From Callorhinchus milii (taxonomy: Eukaryota): 64,000 bases of DNA. The notes under the pieces were generated by a model. The model was not told the DNA's origin. It saw only the letters and a list, made by a program, of their open reading frames with translations, and did not search any database. Each line of letters begins with the position of its first letter. Position 1 is the first letter of the stretch. Below, one piece after another: positions 13,140 through 24,535 of this stretch. The position numbers and the translations under genes were made by a program. The stretch spans positions 106,394,001-106,458,000 of the forward strand of contig NW_024704742.1 in the NCBI RefSeq assembly GCF_018977255.1, read 5' to 3'.

Positions 13140-13590
13140 AGATATCCCAGATGGGAGCACTCTTGCTTCCACTTTGGGACTCTGAACGCATAAGCACTCT
13201 GAGACGCTACCCTGCGTGGACGGCGCTATATAAGTGCAAGTTGTTGTTGTTGAAGTCTAGGCTGACTCTCCAATGTGGAGCTGGGGGTGTGCAACATTAT
13301 TGGAGATGCCTTCCTTTGGATGAGACGTTAAACCAAGTTCCTGTCTGCCTGTTCAGGTGGTCCTTGATGATCTGGATATATTTGAAAAGAGAAGGGCTTC
13401 TTCTGGTATCCTAGCCTATCCACAAATAAAGATCGGTGACTCATTTCATGGCTGTCTGAGGGACATTGCTGTGTGCATATTGGCTGCCACGTTTGCCTAC
13501 AAAATATGCAGTCACTACACTTCACAATATATCCTGTGAAGCACTTTGAGACATCCTCCTGACATGAAAGGCACTATATAAAATATAAAG
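13140..13590 (+). mobile_element. Deu-domain SINE with an L2 tail (~13180-13252) inserted in its head
   Basis: Deu motif ccttcctttggatgagacgttaaaccaagttcctgtctgcctgttcaggtgg; inserted tail gagacgctaccctgcgtggacggcgctat followed by (TTG)n. Confidence 0.75.
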
Positions 13591-15289
13591 CTTATAAATC
13601 GACTTCTGATTTTATTTGCTTTATGTATTGGATGTGCAATGCAGATCACTAGTCAAACACAACCAATAAAAAGGGTTTGCGGGGAATGGGGGAGAGGGTT
13701 CATTTCCAGCACTCGTGTACCAGTCAGTATATTAAATATTATGAGGTCACCAAATTGATAGCCAGTGTTAAATTAGCGTAGGTGTTAATTGACACTTTTC
13801 AATATTGCAGTATTTACAGCAAGATTTCAGAATACCATTCGTTGCTGTTTGAAACCAGTTAAACGTTAAATTCAATTTAAAATAATAGTCCAATAACAAT
13901 TACAGGCTTTTAACTGATATTCGAGAGCAGTTTACATAGTCACATGTGTACAGAGCTCACCTCAGTCCCCGGATTAAGAATGACTCAGAGCAGGCATTTT
14001 TAAATCAGATTTCCTGCTTTATTCTCTATACTACTGGAAGTGTTGCATTGCTTCTCGCAGTATAAAATGAGCGTAGCAATAAAATGTTTTCCAGTGTGCA
14101 TTTCAATATCCTGTGACAGAATCAACTCGTGAAGTGCATTGTATATGTTGTAATATAATTTTGTAATATAATTTAGTCCAAGGTGTTTTGTATTACCTTA
14201 TAAATTTCACATACACTGGCAACAGAGAAACAAATATATTATTTGGTGCGTGAAATGTAATTTCAGATGACTATCGTTTTTTAAAAAAATCAGTCCCTAC
14301 AATAGCCAGTAATGTTAAATCTCATCTAAGCCCTGCAATCGTTGTTTGGAATCTCTAGTTAGAAGTGAAGTCAATGTACAGAAGAAAGTGAAAGTACAGT
14401 ATGTGCACAAATGCAGTAGTGCTTTTAATGAACACAGCGATGCGCCGAAAAGGTGTCAAGATGAACCAAACTCCCATGAAACATATTTTTCCCAGTTAAA
14501 GATGCTGGTAGATCACACAAAGAGCAGGCAACAAGTTGTATTGTTGGTTCCAGTTGAATTGTTACAATGTGCCTTTGAGGCCTCGAACTGGCCTGTAATC
14601 ATGCAGAACGTGCAGCTTAAATTTATAATTATGTGTGCAATACATAATCACAATATTCACTGTCTCCCAGCCAGCTAGATGCCATAAATCTATGGATATA
14701 AAATCCCCAACAAGCAAAATAGATATTTTATGGAGTAGAAATGTTACTTTATTGATTAAAATCATCAGCCCCCTTCTGAGGTAGTTTTCTACCTTTTTAG
14801 TCTTTTGACTGCAGAGAATAGAGTTTTTTGTGTAATTGTAGTAATCTGCTGTGCTGATTATGATTACGCTATTATACATAATTGAAGAAATAAATGGGAC
14901 TTGCCATTTGAAGTAACTATGTGATGTCCTGGTGTAACGATTATTGGCACTTTGAAACATTCAAGCCGCACTAAGTAATTACACTACATGGAGAGCTGCA
15001 GCATTAGGAGTGCAGAGGGATGTCAAACAAATGACTTTCTTTATCTCGTCATTACCGCAAACATCAACTACAAGTGTTTGAATTTGCCCTTGACAATGTG
15101 TGAAAGCAGATAATGGAGACGATTGCTTTTTACTTCCAAGTTTTTTGTGTCTATGGTAGATTCAGAAACCATCTAACTTTTATGATGACTATTTCTGCTG
15201 AGCAAGCTGCAGATTTTTTTTCCATTTTTTAAAAAAATTGCAAGAGAAACTATGATGAGGAGGAGCTTTCAACCTGATTGGAATAGCCA

Positions 15290-16560
15290 CATCAAACAGT
15301 TTCTTAGTTAGACCGGTGTCATGGTGACCACCATCCTGCCTGGAAACCTTCTGAAAAAAGAAATACTTCCGGATATCTGTGCTAAATTTTACAATTCTAA
15401 ATTGGCCCGATGTCTCTGTGTACCTGAAAAAATTGTTTTAGATTTATATTCTCTGACCTGCTAAACATCTTCTACTCCCCTATAAAAAAAATCCTGCTTT
15501 TCAAGACTAAAGAGCCTTCTCTTATCTAGTTGCTTCTCATGTATCATCTCTCTTCCACTTAGAATCAGTCTTGTTTCTCTCTTCTGCACTGAGCTTGAAT
15601 AACCCCTAACGTCAGACCCCTCTCTTGAGGTTTCCCACTCAATATCTCCCTTTATGATGACCCTATGCTTTCTTCCCTCTAGCTAGTTACTAATCTATAT
15701 CAAATTGTACCTCTTAAGTGTACTTTATTAAAGGTCTTTTTCTAGGTATGCTGTATTATTTAACTTCCCACTGTTATCCCCCAGTGCCTTCGCCTTGCTT
15801 CCTCCCTTTCCTCCTTCAAGGCCGGTCTCAAGACCTTTCTCTTTGACCGTGCCTTCAGCTCCCCTCTCGACTCTCTACCCTCTCCTCACTCCCTCCCTTC
15901 CCTCCCCTCACCCTGACCATTTCCCCTTTGCTCGGGTCCTGACCTAACTGTACAGCGCCTTGGGACGTCCTCCTGACGTGAAAGGCGCTCAATAAATGGA
16001 ATCTTCTTGTTGTTGTTGTTGTTGTTGTAGTTTGGGTTCTCACTATCACCTCCTTAAAAAAGGGTCTGAGAATCAGCCAGGATCTCGCTCTTCTAAAGCA
16101 GTGCTGGCCATGACTTAATAGGTTATTTTCAAACAGTTAGTCTTATTTTTTGCTTCTGTAAATTGAATTTGTTCATTTTCCAATTATTAAGGTCAGGCTA
16201 ACTGGCTGGTAGTTGGTAGTTATGACAGTGTTATCAGTCTTGAATGCTGAAACCACATTTACTTTTTTACAGTCTCAGAACCTTCCCAGTGCTTATTGCC
16301 TGCCTCAAAATGGCCATTAGTGCTTCATAAATCTCTCCCCTTGTCTCTCTAGGTTCCTGGAGTATAATTCATCTGCCGCTGAGGATTTACTGGTTTTGTG
16401 CCCCTTGATCCTATCTGAACCTCTGCCTCTCTAATGTCAAAGGCCCAGAGTTCATAAGACTGGAGTTGGATGTTTGACAACGTATTGTTAGTGTCCTCTT
16501 TGGTTAAAAAAAACACAAGAAGTAGTCGTTTAATATGTTTACTAAGCCCTGTTAATCCCC
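15290..16560 (-). mobile_element. Highly degraded CR1-like fragments flanking an L2 insertion
   Basis: Remnant CR1 phrases on the minus strand (aggtcaggctaactggctggtagtt resembles the NYRPVSLT region; ctcttctgcact; cttttcaagactaaag). Confidence 0.45.
15780..16028 (+). mobile_element. L2 LINE 3' end, young subfamily
   Basis: Nearly identical to 54252-54416; canonical stem-loop tail and (TTG)n. Confidence 0.9.
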
Positions 16561-17864
16561 ATTTTCGACTGCCACTTGTTAGAGTCCCTCACAGTTTTTA
16601 CCTCATTCCTTCTGTTGCCCCACAAAATCCTTTCAACATTGTAATCACTATTGTAATATTGAGAGGATTTTGTGAGGCGTGCTTTACATTTGCTCTTATG
16701 GTTCCTTGCCAAAATAATGTAGGTTCACACCCCAGCGATACCATGGTTAGTCTGGGCACTGTACTTAAGAAATGAATTTCAGAAATGTAGCAACAACATG
16801 CTTGTGTTTTGTCAGGAGATCATCACAGATTTGAATCTGGACCTGATTGCTGCTCGGATTCACTCAGCATCTTTTATTCAGTTCATTAATTGGGTCTTGT
16901 CTTGGATGGGGGTGTGGAGGGAGGGGGATCAACATTGCCCACTTTCCTGGGTTACTAGCAACTGATCGTGAAGGAGTTTTGGTGATGGCAACAGTAATGC
17001 CAGAATCATATCTTACAACAACAAGTTACACAGGATCTTTCATGCTGGGAGAACATTTCACAGAGCCTCCATAGGCTGTCAGAGAGAAAAAAAATACAAT
17101 TTGATGTATATTTTTGAGATACCCACTGCAGCTCGTATATGAAACCTAGATTTGAGTCAGGGAGGAAGCTAAAACCATGAGAGACTCTAAGGGAACCATT
17201 GGGAGTTGAAAGTGAGAATGAGCATCAATCTCTTCGTAGAAAATTCTTCAATTCACCCTGAGTTTGCGAGCTTAAGAACTGTGGCATGCTGGCTTCCAAA
17301 TTCAGATTGAATTTAAGAATTGTCCACAATTTCTGCACGACCTTGAATTTGAAAATAAAATGCTCTAACAAACTAGGAACTGGGTGTAGTTTCAGGCTTC
17401 CTGTGTTCACACAGCAGAACAGATTTTATTTCTGTAACTGAGTACTTCATCTGCTACTTTTACAATTGTAAAATAATAACTTGTGCTTGAGGTAGCAAAG
17501 GTAAAAGGTAAGTATGTCATTATACCCTTGAGCTGAAGGTTGACAATCTCACATTATTACCAATGAAGCACATAATCAGTAGGGGTTTAGTATTTATAAT
17601 TTCTATCTGTTGATGAAAAGCTAACTGCAGTGTTTTCAATGCATTTGTTCCAGGAGAGAAAATTACTGCAGCCTATTAATGTGCTGCTAAATATTCTTTT
17701 TCTGATATGTTACTTGTAAAGAAGTACTTCATCTAAGATTTACTGAATAATGTAGATCAGTCTCAAAACAGAATGCCCTTTCATATGATTTAAGTTCTTT
17801 CGCGCTTTTCTCCAATTTTTTTCTTTTTCTGACTCGTCTTTTTTTTCCTTCTGTTGGGGTATAG

Positions 17865-17991
17865 TTCCACAAGCACTGGGTTATATTTCCACCAGCAGTG
17901 AAGTATACTTCCACAAGCACTGGTATGCCTCTGAATACAACAAGTAATTCAACCGTGATCCTGCCCTGACCCAACTCCCTTCCAGCAGAGG
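17865..17991 (+). other. Candidate spliced exon (127 nt, stops in all three frames; UTR, lncRNA or terminal coding exon)
   Basis: Long pyrimidine tract 17805-17853 followed by TAG; GGG|GTGAGT donor at 17992. Confidence 0.4.
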
Positions 17992-18149
17992 GTGAGTCAT
18001 TAGATAGCAAGCAATAATAATAATATCGCACCTTATCACACTGTCAAATATTTCGAAGAGCTGTACTGTAAAATGTCGTGAATGTGTATTCTGTAGGCAA
18101 AAATTGCTATCACGTGGCAATTGCTAAACCCTTATCTTTGCTTAGACTC

Positions 18150-18460
18150 TATTGCATTCCTGGGGGAGTGCTGCATTGATGCATGCGTCATCCTTTGGAT
18201 GAGACAAAGACCATGGTTCTGTGTGACTGTTTAGGTAGACATTAATTATTCCATAACATTACTTGAAAGTGAAAGAAGTTTCTCCCAGTATTTGGGTCAA
18301 CAATACCCAGTTAAATTGATCATTCACTTCATTATTTGTAGGGCACTGCTATGCATTTGCTTACAAATACACAATCACTACACTTGACGGAAAATTTCTG
18401 CAAAGTGCATTGAAGCATTTTAAAATTATATCCACTATAACACATACAAGGATTATTTAT
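18150..18460 (+). mobile_element. Degraded Deu-domain SINE
   Basis: cgtcatcctttggatgagac...gtttctcccagtatttgggtcaac...caaggattattt. Confidence 0.7.
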
Positions 18461-18982
18461 TATCGTTGTCAGTGCTATTAGACTTTACGACACAATTTTA
18501 AACCATAAAAAATGATCATTACAAAGACGTAATGAAAGTAACATTACATTCAAATTAATATAATTTACATTATATCGCACCTTTCACATCAGGAGGACAT
18601 CTCAAAGTGCTTGACAGTGCTGGCCGTATGCCCGAGCTGGGGGTGGTTGCCAAAGAGAAAGGGGAGAGGAAAGATGACTGAAAGAGTAATCAAAGAGTTA
18701 GCTGTTGAGGCAGACTTTGAACACGGTGAGGGAGGGAAGGAGTGAGCCAGAATGATCATAATATAATAAATCCTAATGGATAAAATTGACAATTTCTAAC
18801 CAATGAATGAATGAAACAGCCACTTGCCACGGTGGCAATTTTGAAACTTCTGAACCAGACAGTTGGAGACAAGCAACCAAAATCGGGACACTTAAAAGAG
18901 AGGATTGAAGACAGGAGCGATTTATTTCCTAAGTATATTTCAAATTCCGGGTCCGTATATGACTGTCAAACTGCATGATTTT

Positions 18983-19295
18983 ACATAAGAACGTAAGAAA
19001 TGCTACACAAAAAAAGACCAAGGTCCATCTAGTTCGCCTTCCACCTTCCTTATGGTCGCATGCACATATGTCCCAAACTACCTATGTACTATATTCCATA
19101 ATGTCATTTACTAAAAGAAACTGTCTAATCTGTGTTTGAAAGAATCAGCACTTCCTGCTTCAACCGGCTCTCTAGGGAGCCTGTTCCACAGAACAGGCTC
19201 ACTAAATTAGTGTTTGTGTAGATTGGTTCTGAATTTACACCCCTTCAATTGCAGGCCGTGTCTTCTATTCTGGACAATTTGAATCTCATGTGATT
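18983..19295 (-). mobile_element. CR1 3' end (ttcttatg-tail subfamily)
   Basis: acataagaacgtaagaaatg...aaggtccatctagttcgccttccaccttcc, near identical to 50626-50780, followed by CR1 C-terminal sequence. Confidence 0.75.
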
Positions 19296-20389
19296 TTAAT
19301 GCAGGGGATGAAATGGAATTAGATCACAAAAAATAAATGGATTGGAAAATACATTCAAGTTTAGTTTAACAAATCTCATGTGTGAATTGTAAAGGGCCTT
19401 GCTACCATTTTGTTTCGTTACTGGGTTCTTTTGCTCCTTTTTCTTGCTCAATGAGCTACATAGAAACCTGTGGTGCAGCTTCATTATTTATAGCTTAATG
19501 ATGTACATGGGTGGATATCATTAATCTTTCCCAAGACTCAAATGATTTGGATTCAGCTTAATACAACGGGCACTCAGCCAAATAAAATGCATTTACATAT
19601 CTAATGATTGCATTGTGACTAGCTGGTGCTGTTCTGTCAGTAACATGGCAGGCATAAACCACCGAAGACTATCAATGCTTTCTCATCAATCACCAAAAGA
19701 CCCTAAGCTTCTGTCAGGATTCCCTACCTATTGCATCCACACTTGACCACCTCAAAGCATCAAGTACATCTGACGAGTATACGTCCCATTGAGATATCAT
19801 ATCACCGTGGTAACAATGCTACTGTCATACATTCAGTGATTCTGTATCTGTCAGATGACTCGTGCTTAGGATTTCTGACTGACTAATGCTTACATGATAC
19901 TGAATCAAAAAAGAGCAGCAGATTCTCTCAATGAATTACAAAACATGTCCAACTGGACTTCACATTCCTGGTATCAATATTATGGTACTTCTTAACAGCA
20001 TTTCTCAATTATCAGGGACTGGAAAAACTCCAACTCACTCTATCTTCAGTGCTGGGTTCCCTCATGTCGACATTATTTGCGTGATGTACTTCCAATTACA
20101 GGAAGAAGTCCTCCATTAGATTTCTTAATTAATAAATCCCTTTGTTGTACTCTCTCTATTGCCAGGATGTCCTCACTGTAATACAACCACCAAACGTAAA
20201 TGCAGAATTAAAAAATCCCAGCGTTTCTTAACTTCTCAAAATAATTTTCAATACAAGACATACCAGTATTTCTTTTGGATTAGAAGATTAAGTATTTCTC
20301 AATGGGATTTTATAAAAGAGTGCAGTTCTAGCAGTTACAGTTATCACCAGGACTCCTGAAGCTAAAGTAATGTCTTAACATTTACATAT

Positions 20390-20745
20390 AAAATGGAACA
20401 GGCTGACCATATACAGAGGGATCTGGATAGATTACAAAATTTGGTTTACAAGTGGAAAATGTCATTCAACGTGGATAAATACAGATTGATGGTGAGCCAT
20501 TGGGAAGGATAATAAACTATGGGAATGTAAACCGAAGGATATTAGTGTAAAGGATGAGACACAAGAGAGGGATTTGGGTATACTAATAGATATAATGCTG
20601 AAACCATCGACAGCGGTTAAGCAGGCAAACAGGATCTTGGGGTTTATAGCTAAAGGGATTGAATTTAATGCAAAGGAAATAATACTTAACTTGCACAGAG
20701 ACTGACAGGCTTGAATACAGTATTGAATTCTGGTCATCTTATGAC
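20390..20745 (+). mobile_element. CR1 ORF2 fragment
   Basis: Degenerate IQRDLDRL...WKMSFNVDK...ERDLG...KQANRILGFIAKGIE. Confidence 0.8.
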
Positions 20746-21267
20746 AGGGATACCATCACCAGCTCACAAGAAGGATACCCTTTGGCCCATCTGATCTCAT
20801 CCTTCTAAATTATAATATAATACAAAATTATATTTGTATTGCGCCTTTCACGTCGGGAGGATATCCAATGATTACCCACTATTCTGCCCTCCCATCGCAG
20901 CAACAACTTGTTTTTCAAGTGAATCTAGTGTACTGGTCTCAACCACGCTCCTGTTAACCTGTTCCAATTGTAAATTATCCATTGCTTAAATAAATACTTT
21001 CTGGTGCCTGTTCTGAAATTACCATTTGTAACTCAAACCTGTGCTATTTTGTTCTGCTATCTTGGTCCATCTGGAAGCATTATTTTGCATTAATGTTCTC
21101 AATCCCACTTAAAATATTGTATGCCTCTAAAAGGTCCCCTTTGAGATATTTCTTTTCAAATCTGAAATTCTGAAAGTCTGATCATTGCGCTTAGCACATA
21201 CCTATAAAACCAGGGATGATGCTTGTTGCTCTCCTCTGTGCTATCTTTAGGCTCTAGACAGCATCTG

Positions 21268-22238
21268 TATGCTCCTCTGGGTGATGTCATCCGCAGACAA
21301 CTTCCAGATGTATGTGGAATCTACACACAAATCTAATTTGTCTCCTCCAGTACCAACTCCAGGACCGCCAACGTTCATCAGTTTGTCTGCCAGACATCAA
21401 GGCCTGGATGAGTGCAAACTTCCTGCAGCTGAATGTGGACAAGACAGAAGTCATACTCCTTAACTCCCATCAATGTCTTCACTCCTGCTGATCTGAACTC
21501 CTCAACTTCCCTGGGCTCTCCCTTAGACTCACCGAACCAGTACACAACCAAGGGTCTGGTTCGACCCCCAGCTGTCCTCTCTCCCCCACATCTGGTCCCT
21601 GACCAGGACCACATTCTTCGACCTCTGCCACATTGCCTGCCTCCGACCGTACCTTACCCCAAATGCAGCCGAAATCCTCGTGCAGGCGCTTGTCACCTCC
21701 CACTTGGATTACTCAAACGTACTCCTTGCCGATCTCCCCAGCTCCACTACTCAAAAGATCCAGCTCATTCAGAACTCTGCTACCCACATACTTACCAGGA
21801 CCAATCTTCGTACCCACACCTCACCAGTTCTGACCAGGCTCCACTGGCTCCCCATCACCGAGTGGATCAACTTCAAGTTCCTCACACTTGTGTTCAAATC
21901 CTTTCACTCTCTGGCACCTCCTTACATCTCCGACTTCCTCACTCCTCAATCCACCACCCGGCGTCTCCGCTCGACTGGCACCGGCCTCCTGCTCGTCCCG
22001 CGCACTCTCCGCCCCACCATCGGTGGTCACGCCCCAAAACTATGGAGCACTCTCCCTCAATCCCTCTACCTTAACCCCTCTCTCCCCTTTTTCAAGACCC
22101 GCCTGAAAACCTTCCTCTTTGACTGTGCTTACGATCACCTCCCCCCCAGCTCGGAGTCAGGCTCCACCACTGTTAAGCGTAGTGAGATGCTACCCTGTGT
22201 GGAGGGCGCTATATAAGAGCAAATTGTTGTTGATGTTG
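21268..22238 (+). mobile_element. L2 LINE, 5'-truncated ORF2 fragment (second subfamily)
   Basis: ORF 21680-22216: QALVTSHLDYSN...LIQNSA...LHWLPI...FKTRLKTFLF; tail gagatgctaccctgtgtggagggcgctat followed by (TTG)n. Confidence 0.92.
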
Positions 22239-22364
22239 TAAGTATGTTGCATTGACCAAAGCATTATGCAGTACTCTAGGTGCAGCCTTACCAGACCCCT
22301 AGATAGCTCAAGTATGCCTTTTAAGATCTGAACTGATTTGGCAATATAGCCCAGCCTCCTGCTG

Positions 22365-22452
22365 CCCTGTCATGACCCAACTGTGCAGCGCCTTGGGACG
22401 TCCTCCTGACGTGAAAGGCGCTTTATAAATGGAATCTTGTTGTTGTTGTTGT
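22365..22452 (+). mobile_element. Very short L2 tail insertion
   Basis: cagcgccttgggacgtcctcctgacgtgaaaggcgct followed by (TTG)n. Confidence 0.85.
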
Positions 22453-22764
22453 TTATTGTTGCATTAAACTGTTCTGAGATGTGAGCAATGACTCACAATG
22501 ATCCTAGATCTCCTAGATCTCTTTCAGCTTCCCACTTCGCATCCACAAAGTACATGTGTTTTCTTATTCTTACTTCCTATATGTAATACCTTGCCTTAAT
22601 TTGTATTGAACTTCATTTGCCAGTTATCAGCTTGTGTGAATACCCGCTCAAGCTCTTTGTAAAACCTTTTTTGCATTCTTTGATTCCTCAGTTCCCCCAA
22701 TTTGGTGTCATTTGCAAATATAATTACTTTGTAGAGGATTATGAATCCAGGTTATTAATGTATC

Positions 22765-23110
22765 TAGGCATTGAGAGGGTACAGTGAAGGGCAAATAGAT
22801 TGATGATGGAATTAGGCACTTGAGTTATACCAGAAGACTACAGAAATTACAGAAAGAGGTCTTCTTGTTCAAACTAATACAATTTGGGGACAATTTTATT
22901 GAAGTATTCAAGATCCTAAAATATATAGATAAAAGTGAACCCAATACCTTGGTATGGTTAGCATGAATAAAAAAAATAAGGAACACTGACTAAAGATCAG
23001 GCCAGAGAATATGTGGAACAGACTTCCACAACACAAAGGAAGCAGAATGTTTTAGCAGAATTAAAAAGTGAATTAAATAGTTATTTGTCGAAGGTTTTGA
23101 TTGAGGAGTA
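22765..23110 (+). mobile_element. Degraded CR1 C-terminal fragment
   Basis: ttgagagggtacagtgaagggcaa...attgaagtattcaagatc...tgtggaacagacttcca. Confidence 0.65.
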
Positions 23111-23729
23111 AGAAAGAACTTGCATTTTTTAATAGTTACATTTTTTTCAGAGCTTCTAATACCATTAGCCTGCAGAATTAGCAGGTTATTTTAAATGGCA
23201 AAATATAGACAAGAAAATCACTCTTTTTTGTATAAATGGATATAATTGTTGGAGCTATTTAAAATTGTTCATCAAGTATAATACATGACAAGATTAAAAT
23301 ATTATTCTCTCTGACAGACATTAGCAGAGGAGCAATAAGAAAATCTATAAGTGATTATACAATTATATATGAAATTAAACTAGTAAATTACAAATTAAAA
23401 TTACATTCATAAATCTGCTCAAATTAAATAATCAATTAGGACAAAATCCCCCTAAACTTCTTTCCTCTCGAGTGTGTTATCTGTATCTTTGTTCAGCCTT
23501 CAGAATGTTCTCATAATTATTTAATGCAGAAAAGGATTTGAATTGATAGCTCCATAGAGAACAAATACCAACACAGGCATAATGTGCTGTAAACCTTTCT
23601 AGATGTTCTAATATAAATTATATATATATGTTTCTATCACTTTCCCTGCAACATCCAGGGAAATACATGTGTTATCAGTCTGGCTGTTTGACTTGTGAGC
23701 AGAGGAACTGGACCTATTTTCACTGGATC

Positions 23730-23933
23730 AGAGAGTTGAAGGGAGACATGATAGATGTCTTTAAAATTATGAGTAGTTTTGACATAGATAGGGAGAAATT
23801 ATTTCCACTGATCGGTGAGCCAGTGACTAAAAACCAGTAAATGACCGAATGCATTGCTCATTCAAAGAACCAGAACGGACACGATGGGCTAAATCACCTT
23901 TTTCTGTGCTGTGCATTTCTATAGTTCTATGAT
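23730..23933 (+). mobile_element. CR1 3' fragment with internal deletion
   Basis: LKGDMIDVFKIMSSFD..DREKLFPL joined to the tail acgatgggctaaatcacc...ttctatagttctatgatt. Confidence 0.8.
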
Positions 23934-23967
23934 TCAGATCAAGTGGTAAAATACCATTTCACTTAAT

Positions 23968-24535
23968 AATATATAATAATAATAATTCTTGCATTTGGTA
24001 TAGTGCTTTTCACGTATTCTAGATATCTCAAGGAGCTTCACAGAATATACTGTAAAGTGAATTAACTGTATATTTTGTGGGCAAAACACGGCAGCCAATT
24101 GCGCACAAACAGTTGCAGATTGAGTGGCCAATTTACTATTTTTTAAAGGAATTATTACTCCGGAAAAACGATCTGCCAATCGCTTAACAACTGGGTTCCT
24201 ATTTACTGCTAGGTAAACAGAGGCGTGTGGAGCAAGGAAACTTGCCCAAGACCCGGGTCTCTTACTTGCGAGGTGAGTGCTCCAACCACTGAGCTACAGT
24301 GGTTCTAATTAATCCAGATTAATCCAACACCTTGAGCCTTCCTTCCGATGTGAAAGGCACTATATAAATATAATTTGTTGTCTAACAGCAGTATGCCCAC
24401 CCCAGGAATAACTGTAATGTAGTGCCATTAATAGGCGTGCATGGCAAGAATGCAACAAGCTTGACAATGACCTGAACTGCTGAGGGTTAATTTTAAATGT
24501 ACAACATCATTCAAGCATAATAAAAATTAAATCTT
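23968..24535 (-). mobile_element. CORE-like tRNA SINE with 5' extension, interrupted at 24329-24477
   Basis: Collinear with 56403-56850, including sequence upstream of the tRNA head. Confidence 0.8.

Larger units (their letters stand above)
20760..22765 (-). mobile_element. Old CR1 3' region interrupted by three L2 insertions
   Basis: Tail at ~20765 (ggcccatctgatctcatccttc); C-terminal region at 20880-21260; RT region at 22240-22765 with FANDTKLG (reverse complement of ccccaatttggtgtcatttgcaaa). Confidence 0.7.

Noticed and set aside
17859..17924. 22-nt repeats as a CRISPR-like array
   Set aside because: The units are directly adjacent with no spacers, there are no cas genes, and the context is eukaryotic
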